The notes beneath the pieces are model-generated. The model made no database searches, had not been told where the DNA came from, and saw nothing but the letters and a program-made list of their open reading frames with translations. Made by a program: the position numbers and the translations under genes. 64,000 nucleotides of DNA from Octopus bimaculoides (lineage: Eukaryota): the NCBI RefSeq assembly GCF_001194135.2, contig NC_068993.1, forward strand, positions 35,739,440 to 35,803,439. The letters are read 5' to 3'. Positions 1 through 13,041 of the stretch are shown here, piece by piece (the first letter of the stretch is position 1; every line of letters begins with the position of its first letter).

Positions 1-1282
1 ATATATATATATATATATATAATATTGACTTTTCTTAATTTTTTTCTCTCGAGGAAAGATTTTGGTCTTATGATACTATCTCTTTAAACGAGTGAAGAGG
101 ATGTGTATATATTGTGGCCTATGTAAATATGAATATTAGTAGAGTCACACAGCATAAACTCGAGGGTGAAGCTAAGTTAATGGATGCCAGAGATTCCTGC
201 CGCAGTATTTGAGATAATTGAAGGATAAGACATTCAGGGAAAATCATTTAGTATTAATTTACACAGTAATAATGAGGAATATTTCAAATTATACTACATC
301 AATTCGAAAACAACATGTATACGTTCCAGAAACGAAAAAATTTTCAAGGTTTTCTTTGTCAGTATACACAATACATTTGCTTACTCTTGTCTTCTTCACA
401 TACACATTAAAGTCCAACAATGGATTCTCTGATCTATCTTCTGTAGCCTATTCCCGTATGTTAGGTGAGCAGCTACATATCTGCCCCCAAAAGTACAATG
501 AACTGCTTACGGCGGTGTTTCATTCCTAGTCAGTAGTCAAATAAAGTTAACCAATAGGGCAATTCGCATCTTCAATAGTGAATAATTAAATTAGAAGCTA
601 AGAAAATAGAATTAGCGGAGATAGAGATACACGATAAAAAGATAGCTAACGTGTTGCTCGGGGGCTTTTAGCAGTTAGGTTACATACAACATCTTGTTGA
701 TCATGCAAATCTACTATTTTCTTATGCTCAGTTAATTAATGACGAAAGAAGCAGGCGGAAGAACATTGTCGACCAATAAGGAGTCCATGCTAAGAAACGA
801 TGCATGTAAACATAGACTATAATATCGATGTCTGTGGTGAGGATGAGATCGATTACCCGACAGGTCATTGAAGCTTCAAACAGCGCTTATTTATGTTGTT
901 GTTGTTGTTGTTTCTGTTGATTTTCATGCTGCTACTATTTTTGTCGAGATTTAACCGCAGGCCAGCTATGATCAAGCATACCTATGATTGTTGACATTAG
1001 AGTCGTTACCATTCCATTCGTTTATGGGCATTTAGGACTATATTATGTAATGTGCAATATTTTAGAGACCATAGAGTTTCAATTTAGCACAATATACACA
1101 TTTAGTGCTAATTGTTTACTTTATCTCTTCCGTTGCAATTAGAACGGTGTCTAACCTATGCACAATTCATGTCCATCTAATAACTTCTCTACCTCATCTT
1201 CTCACCATCCCAAAAGTCTCCTACTTCGCAAATTTCACATTCAACTTCTTTTACGATCTGATTTCTCATAACTGCACCGCTA

Positions 1283-1362
1283 ACTCAGAACATAAAGACA
1301 GACGAAATACAGCGAAGCATGTCGGCCGGCGAGCTAACGCTTCTGCCAGCTCACCACCATAC
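1283..1362 (-). mobile_element. SINE family A 5' fragment
   Basis: aactcagaacataaagacagacgaaatac...gctaacgcttctgccagctcacc is the reverse complement of the family A head. Confidence 0.75.
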
Positions 1363-1442
1363 TAGCCTTAAAATAACAACGGCAGTTTGACATTACATAT
1401 ACGCGTATATATGTGTGCATTTATGTATGTGTATATATATGT

Positions 1443-1478
<36 letters not shown>

Positions 1479-1518
1479 GTGCACGTGTGTATGTCTGAGA
1501 TATATATTCATATATGCA

Positions 1519-1553
<35 letters not shown>

Positions 1554-1764
1554 ATGTATATATGTATGTATGTATGTATGTATGTGTATGCATGTATGTC
1601 TATGCATGTATATCTTTATGCATGTATATAAGCAGGTACCAACAGATAACTACGCAGAAATGTTACCTGCAGTTGCAGAGATTAAGCAAATCGCTTCAAG
1701 TAGAGCAAAACAAAAATGGAGAATCCCGTCCACCTCTCTCTCTCTCACTCTCTCTTTCTCTCTC

Positions 1765-1816
<52 letters not shown>

Positions 1817-3049
1817 TATATATATATANNNNNNNNNNNNNNNNNNNNNNNNNNNNNNNNNNNNNNNNNNNNNNNNNNNNNNNNNNNNNNNNNNNNNNNN
1901 NNNNNNNNNTATATATAGGTGACCACTTAAGTAAATATATCACCAATCAATAGGCAATCAATCACACATAAAATTTAGAATCGACATTATGAACGCCTAA
2001 TATATATATATATATCTAGACGAGTCGTCTCACAACAATCGCGATACGTTAAGATTATTATCAGTTCTGATCGAGGAAAGCTATGAGAAAATAAAAAGCT
2101 GGAGTGTTAGGTGTAAGCGTGTAAGAGGAGTGCAAATTGAGAGCGGGGAGAGAGAGAGAGAGACGGGTGGAGAGCGAGTTAGAGGAGAGAATAAAAGAGA
2201 GAAATAACTGAGAAAGGGAAAGTAAAAGAGAAGAAAAAGTAACGTAAAGATTACTGTACTTTTGTATGATTTCAGTAATCAATAAAACTGTTGTCAGCAT
2301 CTTCTATTGGGAATGATGTAGGTTCTTTGAATGGCGCTAAAACCATTTTTATTTGTATTCTGTAAATTTTATTTAGTTTTTTTTATATATATATATATAT
2401 TTTTCAACTTAACCATTGTCACCTTGTAACTCCTAATTTTGATGTTCGGTACAGAAGAAAAAAATTTCTTGTGCAATTTCTCGTTTTCTACAAGACAGCC
2501 TGTGCGGAATTATATTTGAATACATGCATACTAACATACACACACACACAAACTTATACACTCACACGCTCATATATATATATATATATATATATATANN
2601 NNNNNNNNNNNNNNNNNNNNNNNNNNNNNNNNNNNNNNNNNNNNNNNNNNNNNNNNNNNNNNNNNNNNNNNNNNNNNNNNNNNNNNNNNNNNNNNNNNNN
2701 NNNNNNNNNNNNNNNNNNNNNNNNNNNNNNNNNNNNNNNNNNNNNNNNNNNNNNNNNNNNNNNNNNNNNNNNNNNNNNNNNNNNNNNNNNNNNNNNNNNN
2801 NNNNNNNNNNNNNNNNNNNNNNNNNNNNNNNNNNNNNNNNNNNNNNNNNNNNNNNNNNNNNNNNNNNNNNNNNNNNNNNNNNNNNNNNNNNNNNNNNNNN
2901 NNNNNNNNNNNNNNNNNNNNNNNNNNNNNNNNNNNNNNNNNNNNNNNNNNNNNNNNNNNNNNNNNNNNNNNNNNNNNNNNNNNNNNNNNNNNNNNNNNNN
3001 NNNNNNNNNNNNNNNNNNNNNNNNNNNNNNNNNNNNNNNNNNNNNNNNN

Positions 3050-3095
<46 letters not shown>

Positions 3096-3635
3096 CTGAG
3101 ACAGTAGTAGAAGTCCTTTACCCAAGGTGTCACGCAGTGGCAACCGTGTGGTTGTGAAGCAACGTCTGCGTCTAATAGGGAACATTTGTATATAGGGACA
3201 ACAGTAAATTTAATGGGGAAAACGAAACGACAATGCATTGGTTGTATCCTCAAAAAAGACCCGTAATATTTTGTACATCCAATATACTGAACTATAAATT
3301 AACCCCTGTTGGTTACTATTGTCGACCTTCTATTCTGCTGGGTCTCGATCCCTTGTGGGCTACATAGCTACCTAAAATACTCGGGCTATACATCTTACAC
3401 AATTATACTCGCACGCGTGTGGTAGCTGTGCATACAATATTTGTATGTCTGGCGTGTATGTCTGTGTCTGTATGTGCGTATGTATGTGTGTGTGTGCTTG
3501 TCTGTCTGCTTATATGATTGTAGTGTACTAGGTACGACAATCTCAGACAATGAGAAAACTGAGTACATTTATAAATATATAGCTACATATTAATCTGTCA
3601 TTTACAGAGTTCGATAAATAGAAGATTTATCCGAG

Positions 3636-3683
<48 letters not shown>

Positions 3684-3891
3684 ATGTATGTGTGTGTGTG
3701 TATATATGTGTGTGTATGTATGTATGCATGTATATATGTATATATATGCATTGATATACATATACATACATGCATACATACGCAAAATACACACTTCTCA
3801 ACACTATCAGTTTTACTATGCGCAGTATTTAAATTATATTTTTCCTTCCCCTCCATTTTGAACATATACACATAGATGTCATAAACACACA

Positions 3892-3936
<45 letters not shown>

Positions 3937-4449
3937 AGCATGTCAAGCAGAATCATCCTCTGCATTGATACACAAACGCACACATCCATAGTCAATATAT
4001 ACAAATCCTCCGTTATTGTGAAAGAGGAACTACACATTACGCCTTCAAATATAATTTCCTTCATTTCTTTAATTTCTTTCTCCTGTTTCAATACTCTTTT
4101 TTTTTTCCTTTTCTTTTATTTGGCTTCCATTCCTGAAACTGAATCGATGTGATTTTGAATATGTAATTGTATAATTGTGATGGCTTTGTTTGCTTTGACG
4201 TTTAACAATTAAATGATGAAATGAAGCTATTCAGCAGTGGAAAGTTTTCATTACGTCTTCGTTCCAATGAAGAATGCGCAGAGAACGTACAAAAATTTCT
4301 GTTTCCTATAAAAACTATTAATATTGATAGTTCCATAGCTACGATTTATACTCGGCCTTTTCACTCGTTTAAAATCGTCTAATTCCTCACTTCAATGTAT
4401 GGTAGTTCCTACTTTTCTTTAACAAAATAAAATAGTACATGTATTGTGC

Positions 4450-4508
<59 letters not shown>

Positions 4509-4701
4509 NNNNNNNNNNNNNNNNNNNNNNNNNNNNNNNNNNNNNNNNNNNNNNNNNNNNNNNNNNNNNNNNNNNNNNNNNNNNNNNNNNNNNNNNNNNN
4601 NNNNNNNNNNNNNNNNNNNNNNNNNNNNNNNNNNNNNNNNNNNNNNNNNNNNNNNNNNNNNNNNNNNNNNNNNNNNNNNNNNNACATACATATATATATA
4701 T

Positions 4702-4732
<31 letters not shown>

Positions 4733-5149
4733 CATACATACACACAAAGAGAGGGAGGGGGAGACAGACAGATAGACACACAGACACACAGACAGAGGAT
4801 ACGAGGAGTTATGGTCAGGATGACTCAAACTAATAGATATGCGTTTTGAGTGCTTAAATACCCTCCTGGGCATAATGAACCACAACTAATATCATTGATG
4901 AGGAGCATTCTTCTACTCCTCTAACCTATATTTCGCCGATGACGGAATACCCAGCTTATAGAGTCTTCGCTCCATACGATACTCCAGTAGCTGGGATATC
5001 GCAGAAACGGCTGTCAGAGGCTATCTTTACCATTTTGTACTACGTTTGCCATTCGTTATGTAGCTAAACTTTTAGATTGAATTAAATGAAATCAAATGTC
5101 CTTGTCCTACCTTGACTATCTGTTTGCCTTTACTTACTGCTTTAATCTA

Positions 5150-5225
<76 letters not shown>

Positions 5226-5300
5226 TGTGTGTCTGTGTCTTTGTGTTTCTCCCCCATCACTGCTTCACAACCAGTCTTAGTGTGTTTACATTCTCGTATA

Positions 5301-5514
5301 CTAGCGGTTCGGCAGAGAGAGACCGATAGAATAAGCACCACGCTTAACAAAATACGTACTTGGGTAGAAATAATTTCTAAGCGGGGCCCCAGCATGGCCG
5401 CAGTCTACTAGCGGTTCGGCAGAGTGAGACCGATAGAATAAGCACCACGCTTAACAAAATACGTACTTGGGTAGAAATCATTTCTAAGCGGGGCCCCAGC
5501 ATGACCGCAGTCTA
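5301..5514 (+). repeat. Tandem duplication (2 x 107 bp) of a SINE family B tail
   Basis: ctagcggttcggcagag...cccagcatg(g/a)ccgcagtcta occurs at 5301 and 5408, with about 3 differences. Confidence 0.9.
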
Positions 5515-5664
5515 ATGCTGGCGATAACGATGTCAACGCTTATTTCACTGCATCAGTTTCACATCAGGACGAAAAGATCTTCAGGTAGTCTGGTTGAATC
5601 AGACAAATGCATATGAATCAGCTTTTTATGTAAAAATATATAACGTAATATATTTTTGTATTGC

Positions 5665-6070
5665 TAGGGCGGCTTCCTGGCAGAAACGTTAGCGCACCGG
5701 GTGAAGTGCTTAGCTGTTCTGAATTCAAATTCCACCGAGGTAGACTTTGCCTTTCATCCTTTCGGAGTCGATAAATTAAGTACGAGTTACGCACTGGGGT
5801 CAATGTAATCGAATTAATCTCTTTGTCTGTTCTCTATGTGTTATCCCATTCTGGGCAATAAAGGAACAAGAAACGTTAGCACGCAGTGCGAAATACTTGG
5901 CGTTATTTCGTCTGTCTTTAGGTTCTGAGTTCAAATTCCGCTGAGGTCAACTTTACTTTTCATCCTTTCGGGGTCGATAAATTAAGTACCAGTTGCTTAC
6001 TGGGGTCGATCTAATTGACTGGCCCCCTCCCCCAAATTTTCGGACCTTGTGCCTAGAGTACAAAAGAATA
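5665..6070 (+). mobile_element. tRNA-derived SINE family A, tandem dimer
   Basis: Head ggcggc...ggcagaaacgttagc, B-box-like gagttcaaattcc, body gactttgcctttcatcctttcggggtcgataaattaagtac...ctggggtcgat. The second unit starts at about 5870. Confidence 0.85.
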
Positions 6071-7642
6071 TATTTGTATTACTAAGGCGGCGTGCTGGCA
6101 TATATATTTGTATTGCATTACATCACGTGTCGGACCTTTTGATATGATACCTGAAATCTTAACCATGCGGTTTGGTACTAAAGAATTCAGGACAGTCTTT
6201 TAGGAATAGAAAATAGTTATCATGATAGGGTATGTTATTTGCCCACACTCTGTGGCGATGACAATGTAGTTGATATTATTGCAAAGCATAAGAAAATGCT
6301 CAGAATTGGTTTGAAAATCATGGACCATCTGTTACCTCCATCACTACATATTATAGATAAGGACTGTAGATTGGTTGGCCTATTTAAGGCATGCTATTAC
6401 GGACATGGCTTTTCACAGGGAACTCTTCAAGTGCTTGACATACCATTAACAAGAGTGGGGAAAATGGGACGGCGTTGGTGTTTAGTGTAATGATACAATA
6501 TGCAGGTAGATTACTTCAGATTTAAACATCTAAAAAAATAATATGTATTTAAACTACAGTATGTGTGGAGAAAATATACACCATCATATATATTTTATAT
6601 GTTAAAGAGATAGTAATCTAAAGTAATCTACATTCAGGTGATCCCAACAGGCTGAATACAGGCAGGTCTGATCGTGCCAGTGTGGAGAAGATATTCAAAT
6701 ATATAACACAATCAACGAAGACACGATAAAGGTTCGTATTATTTTGACGTGTTTTTCACTTTATGTATAATTAAATATATACATATANNNNNNNNNNNNN
6801 NNNNNNNNNNNNNNNNNNNNNNNNNNNNNNNNNNNNNNNNNNNNNNNNNNNNNNNNNNNNNNNNNNNNNNNNNNNNNNNNNNNNNNNNNNNNNNNNNNNN
6901 NNNNNNNNNNNNNNNNNNNNNNNNNNNNNNNNNNNNNNNNNNNNNNNNNNNNNNNNNNNNNNNNNNNNNNNNNNNNNNNNNNNNNNNTATATATGTATAT
7001 ATGTATATATACATTCATGTGTGTGTGTGTAAGTGTATTTACATATGTATATATGTATATATGTATGTATGTATGAATGAATACACACCAATAGCCAACG
7101 TCACAGACCACTTGAGGATTATAGAAACATTATTATAAGAACTATAATAATTATTATTATCTTATACTGAAATTTGTATTCATAATTAAGTCCTTAAATA
7201 ACAAATGCATAAGTTATTTTTGTCTTTCTATCTTATATCGAGTACGCCATCTTAATGCATAATGTTATCTGCTCAGACCTGCATATGGTTCAACAATACG
7301 CTTGGAGACTTATTTCAAAAAGATCGCTATTTACGCAGTAGAATTACAAACATGGTTCTGTCATAAACATTTTAGTTATTGTATTTTGTTATCTTATTTT
7401 AGAAATCAGCTTCCATACTGTACTTGTTGTTTTTCCAGCCTCTTTTGATTTGTTCTTTGTCTTTCTTTAAAGAAGAATGAATCTTAATCTTTAATAGCAT
7501 TTTACTGTAATACTGATTCTTGTGCTAACATAGAAGCCTCAGCGTAGCTGTCAGACCTTCTACAAATATAAGCCAAACTCCATCCAATTATACCCCGCCG
7601 TTTTAAATAACGAGTGGACGTATGTACTATAATTCCAAGCGA

Positions 7643-7777
7643 AGGCGGTGGCAAGAAGCTTGCTTCCCAATCACAAGGTACCGGGTTTTGTCCCACTACG
7701 TGGCACATTGAGCAAATGTCTTCTACTATAGCCCCGGGCGAGTGAATTGGGTAGACAGAAATTGAAAGAATCCTATC

Positions 7778-7852
<75 letters not shown>

Positions 7853-8072
7853 TATGTGTCTGTATTTGTACCTCCGCCCATCACCTCTTTGACAACCGGT
7901 GTTGGAGTATTTACGTCTCCGTAGCTTAGCGGTGGGGCAAAAGATAACGAATGGAATACGTACCAAGCTTAAAAATGAAGTACAGGTGTCGATTCATTCG
8001 AGCAAAAATTCAAGGCGGCACTCCAGCATGACCGCTGACAAATGAATTAAACAAGTAAAAATTAAAAGATAT
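7643..8072 (+). mobile_element. SINE family B (CORE-like, internal microsatellite), near full length
   Basis: aagaagcttgcttcccaa...gtcccactacgtggcacattgagcaaatgtcttctactatagcccc (CORE-like), then an internal (TA)n, then gacaaccggtgttgg...ttagcgg...ctccagcatgaccgc tail. Confidence 0.8.
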
Positions 8073-8675
8073 ACTTAAAACGATTAAAATATTTTCGACT
8101 ATGGCACTTAGTCGATTATGATCGACTTTAGGCAAATGACAATAACTAAAACATAGCTTCTTAGATGTTTAGATAAAAAGAAACAGTTATTTTGGGATCA
8201 TTACATCGATCAGCTATGATGCGTTTTAGTACGAGACTGTTTCAATATAAACCTTCCGGTGCCTTAATCCAAAAAATATGGCTTTTTACAGAAATAATCC
8301 TTTCTATTATAGGCACAAGGCCCGAAGTTTTGGGGGAGGGACGAATTTTATTTCCGTGCAACTATTATTTCACTACAATGATCTTCAATATGCATCACAT
8401 TCTATGGAAGTGAAATGCGGCGGTGACTTTCGTGATGTTCATAAACCAATATATATATACTGGAATAAAAAATATAGGTAGACAACGAGAGAAGAAGACA
8501 GACAAAAATAAACAGACAAATAAGCAGAGAGACGAGTTGAATCCGAAATCCGAATGAATTCTAGTTATATGAATTATTAGAAGACAGAGACGTTTGTAAT
8601 TTCATTATTTTGATTGATGAATATATAGATATTGTGATTAGTCGATACAGACAGTAGCACACGCACGCACACATG

Positions 8676-8711
<36 letters not shown>

Positions 8712-11204
8712 AACACACACACACACANNNNNNNNNNNNNNNNNNNNNNNNNNNNNNNNNNNNNNNNNNNNNNNNNNNNNNNNNNNNNNNNNNNNNNNNN
8801 NNNNNNNNNNNNNNNNNNNNNNNNNNNNNNNNNNNNNNNNNNNNNNNNNNNNNNNNNNNNNNNNNNNNNNNNNNNNNNNNNNNNNNNNNNNNNNNNNNNN
8901 NNNNNNNNNNNNNNNNNNNNNNNNNNNNNNNNATATATATATATATAACATTATTAGATTTTTCAGGAAGTTATTGTATAACTGTTTATTTTCAAAATCC
9001 CTGATTTGAAGCAGTAAAAATTTCTAGTAAATGGAAGACTAGACATATTTAATTTCGTGCTATTACAATTTTTCAGTATTGAAATCCACAAGATTCGGAG
9101 GGAATATTCGGTATTTCCTCCCTTTTGTAAATACAGTCAGTATATGCTTTGGCTTCTGTTTGAATCAGGTCGAATAACTTGGTAAGAGATGGATTCATTT
9201 TAGATCTTCAAACACGTAAATTATATTACAGTATTCTGGTATGTTAACATTTACTAAGACAGTGGGTTGCATAATTGGTAGAGAGTCGGACCTAGTACTT
9301 CGTTGTATTTAGTTATATTCCTTTGCAGCCTGAATCCAATTCTCTAATTCCCTCGGGGCCCACTGACATCATCAGCGTTGACAATACCCTTTGACCATTA
9401 AAACCTTCACGGAATACATAGCACCGTTCCCTAAAATATATACGAGCTCAGGTGTATATAAGAAATATATGTAAGCTCGGGAAAAAGGATCCACCATAGA
9501 CTTCGTTTCCTGTTTTCTCTTTTTCTAGTGATGCTGATGTAAATGGGTATCGTATATATTCTTTGTACTTAGTTACATCCTTTTAGGTTTGGGATTCAAA
9601 CAGTAGAACTTTAACGTACCAGGTTGTATTTTACAAAATTTAGTCGTGTAGTTTTACATTGGGAGCATAAATCAAACGTAACTTCATCTTTCCTTATTTG
9701 GAACCAATGACATCCGTGGCAGACATTTGTTACCAGCGGTTTCGATTAACATTTGGTTGATTTTCTTCTTGAATTTTTTTATTGAAGACCTATAGAAAAA
9801 TGTACTAATTCACGTTTCCTTTTGGGAACATTCCAAGGTGAACACTTCTGCAATTAGTGGTTTTTATCTGATACTAATTAGTACAGACACTAATTACACA
9901 CAAATAAAATAATTAAAAGGTAATAATTTCTTTCGACTAGACACACAACCAGGTTTATTCCGGGAGAGGGCAGACATAACTGAATCAATTTTTATTAATT
10001 ATTCCCATTTATGACATCAATCCAATCGAGGTGAAAATGAAAGAAAAAGTTTCCTTTCCGTAGGCCACGGAGTGAAACATGAACTCGGCAATGCGTGACT
10101 GGATCTTTCTGCCAGCTGACCACAATACGAGTACATTATTTGGCAAATGCTATTTATTGCCAATATGTGGCCAGTTCTTAGTGTTCTATATCACAGAGAC
10201 TTACGCCTGCGGAATTAGACTCGTTATACAGTGATGCTTCTCCAGTACTTCTAACAATATTTCAGAATATTAAGAACGGGACCAACCTCTATTATTACTA
10301 AATGACATAAACATATGGCCATGTCATCTATATGTTACTAGTCGTTTCTATTTCATAATTCGCAGCATTGCAATCTTGAAACAACGAATGTTTTTCGTGA
10401 CTAGTTTGTCTCAGCTTCACTAAGCCTTCTTTTTTACCTTCAACCCTCACTGTCTTCCTGTCTCTCTTTCTTTCTTTTGTTTTTCTTTTCGATACCCCTA
10501 CTTTATCTTCTTATCTTCCAATATTCGTTTTATGATTGCCTCATTGTAGAAGTTCTTCATTTTTAATACAATCGCGATAATTTCTCCCCATATCAAGGAA
10601 ACGTAGTCGGAGCATACAAGACACAATGATTCCAAGAACTATTTGTTTTTATACATAAATACAAAAAGTAATTCGTGTAAAGCATTTTGTTCGGCGCTAA
10701 CGTATGTATATCATATATACAATGTCGGTGATCTCAACTAAAATTGGATAATATTATGTCATGTTTAAAACATGAGATATGGAACATTGTGTGTAACTGC
10801 AGAGCAGGATTAATGCAGACCTAAACTTGTTTGGAAACTGTTCAAGTTTCTTTGAGGAATCCTAATTCAACACAGATGAACGATTCATTTTAATAAGATT
10901 CTGAAAATTAAAACAACGAAGTAATAAAAAAATTTGTTTACATCAACTCGAATGGGACCCGTCCTTCACCTTCGTACAGATAATTTAACATTTCAATATC
11001 TTATTAAAATATTGTAATTTAACATTACAATATCTTATTAAATATAAGACGTAGATGACAGAATCAGCTAAGAATCGGGCCCAATTCCGTATTCTAGCGA
11101 GCTGCATCCATTTGACTTCTGAATTAAATTCTTTCTCGGGCAATTTGGAATCCCTTTTTATCCCTGAAATTGGTCAATTAAATAATTACTTATAAATGTA
11201 TTAT

Positions 11205-11370
11205 TTAGCCACAGGTCAGTTCTGATCGAGTAGATTTATGATCTACAGCATACCAGCTATGATCCGACCATGTGCTGAGAACTCGAGACCATATTATTCA
11301 GCGTTTTCTTTTCTAAGAAAGTAGGTTGTGATGTGAGAGATGTTTGGCTATTATTTCTTTCTATCGGGAT
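11205..11370 (+). repeat. Dispersed repeat family C (related copies at about 950-1060 and 2060-2090)
   Basis: Shared motif (gg)tcagttctgatcgag...atgatc / gccagctatgatcaagcatacctatgatt across three loci. Confidence 0.45.
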
Positions 11371-12257
11371 AACGTAGATAATAGCTACACCGGGCATAAG
11401 GCTTACACTATTTACTCTTATGACCTCAATGTTTTCAATTTATATTTTACCAAGGTTGATGCTATGCAACAAAGCAGCCTATTGGCGCTGTTTCGTTTAT
11501 GAGAATGACAAATCCCCACACTTTTGAGCAGTGCAAAAACCAGGTACGTCACCACGGTTATAAAGAAGCATATTTTTAACTGGACGTATTGCGTTGAGTG
11601 TCCACCTCACAGGGGCTCGGGTTCGAATGAGAATTCCCCTTCTCAATAATTCTATCAGGGGCAAGTAAACTTGGATTTAATATAAAGTAAAGTCAGCCCC
11701 GGTAAGATTGACATAATTAAATAATGATATGAGGGAACCTACTGATAAGCATTAAGGGGTAACTCCTTAAATACAGCACTCCACGAGCAGGGTTTGATCT
11801 TCCCAATAAAACAGTTTCTGCTGTGTGCACGTCACAAATACATTACAGAAAAGAATCACGATTTTCATATTCAACGCGACTAAAATATACAGATGTGAAG
11901 ATTCAATCGAGAGAAATTACTTAAGACTCTTAATAAGAATTGTTCACTGGTTTATGAAGTTACCGGCCTTGATGATGATAAGAACAGAGTTGATTAATGT
12001 TGGTAAGTCATATAAAAAGAGAAGATCATAAATTCATTAAATTATGAATATACTCGAAGTCGAACATTTATACCTACACATATACATACTAAGACATATA
12101 TACTTATAAGTATACATATAAATAGAGTGAGAAATATGTATATGTGGGAGGTGCACATGCGCGCGTGTGTATCTATATATATATATATATATATATATGT
12201 ATACATATAAAGATAGATATATGCATATGCATATATATCTATATCTATCTATCTATC

Positions 12258-12314
<57 letters not shown>

Positions 12315-12820
12315 GTATGTATATATGTATATATATATATACAGATAAGTAAATATATAGAGAGGTAAATAATTAGATAGATACGCAGAGAGACAGAGAT
12401 TTGGTACGAAGTAATGTAAGAGTTGCATGCGATAAATTCTGGAAATATAGTGATGAGTAGTGAGATTTTATTAGCAGTTATAATTATAGACCATTTATTT
12501 GGAATATTTATCTGGTGAATCTGAGGAGTTTTTATATTTTTTATCTGGTGAAAACAGCTGTCAGAAATTAAATGTAATTCTAGACTACATGAAGATGATA
12601 TTATCTACTATATTTTATACATCATTAAGAATAATTAATCGCCAATACGTATCGTATTGATATCTTAGAAGCTGTTTATAGCTTATTATAGCTTAATAAA
12701 GCTTTATATATCTTCATATGTTTTCGTATGTATGTGAGTGTGTGCGTGTGTACGTGTGTTCATTTACATGCACGCACACATGTATATACGTATATATTTG
12801 TGCATATATATATATATATT

Positions 12821-12972
12821 CGACGGCCTTCTTTCAGTCTCCGTCTACCAAATTCGCTTACAAAGTTTTGGTTGGCCACAGGTTATGGTAAAATACACCT
12901 ACCCAAAGTACTATGAAGTGGGATTCAACGCAGAACAAATTAGTTGGAAAGCAAGCTCGTTACCCGCCCTCT
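12821..12972 (-). mobile_element. SINE family B 5' half
   Basis: cgacggccttctttcagtctccgtctaccaaattc...cccaaagtactatgaagtggga...ggaaagcaagctc. Confidence 0.75.
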
Positions 12973-12974
12973 TT

Positions 12975-12976
<2 letters not shown>

Positions 12977-13040
<64 letters not shown>
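12977..13040. repeat. (GATA)n microsatellite
   Basis: Directly visible; another array lies at about 37050-37130. Confidence 0.95.

Positions 13041-13041
<1 letters not shown>

Noticed and set aside
218-529. 103-aa plus-strand ORF
   Set aside because: No recognisable motif or splice context; ORFs of this length arise by chance in AT-rich DNA.
6239-6490. 83-aa plus-strand ORF, possibly a transposase fragment
   Set aside because: I could not match any catalytic motif with confidence.
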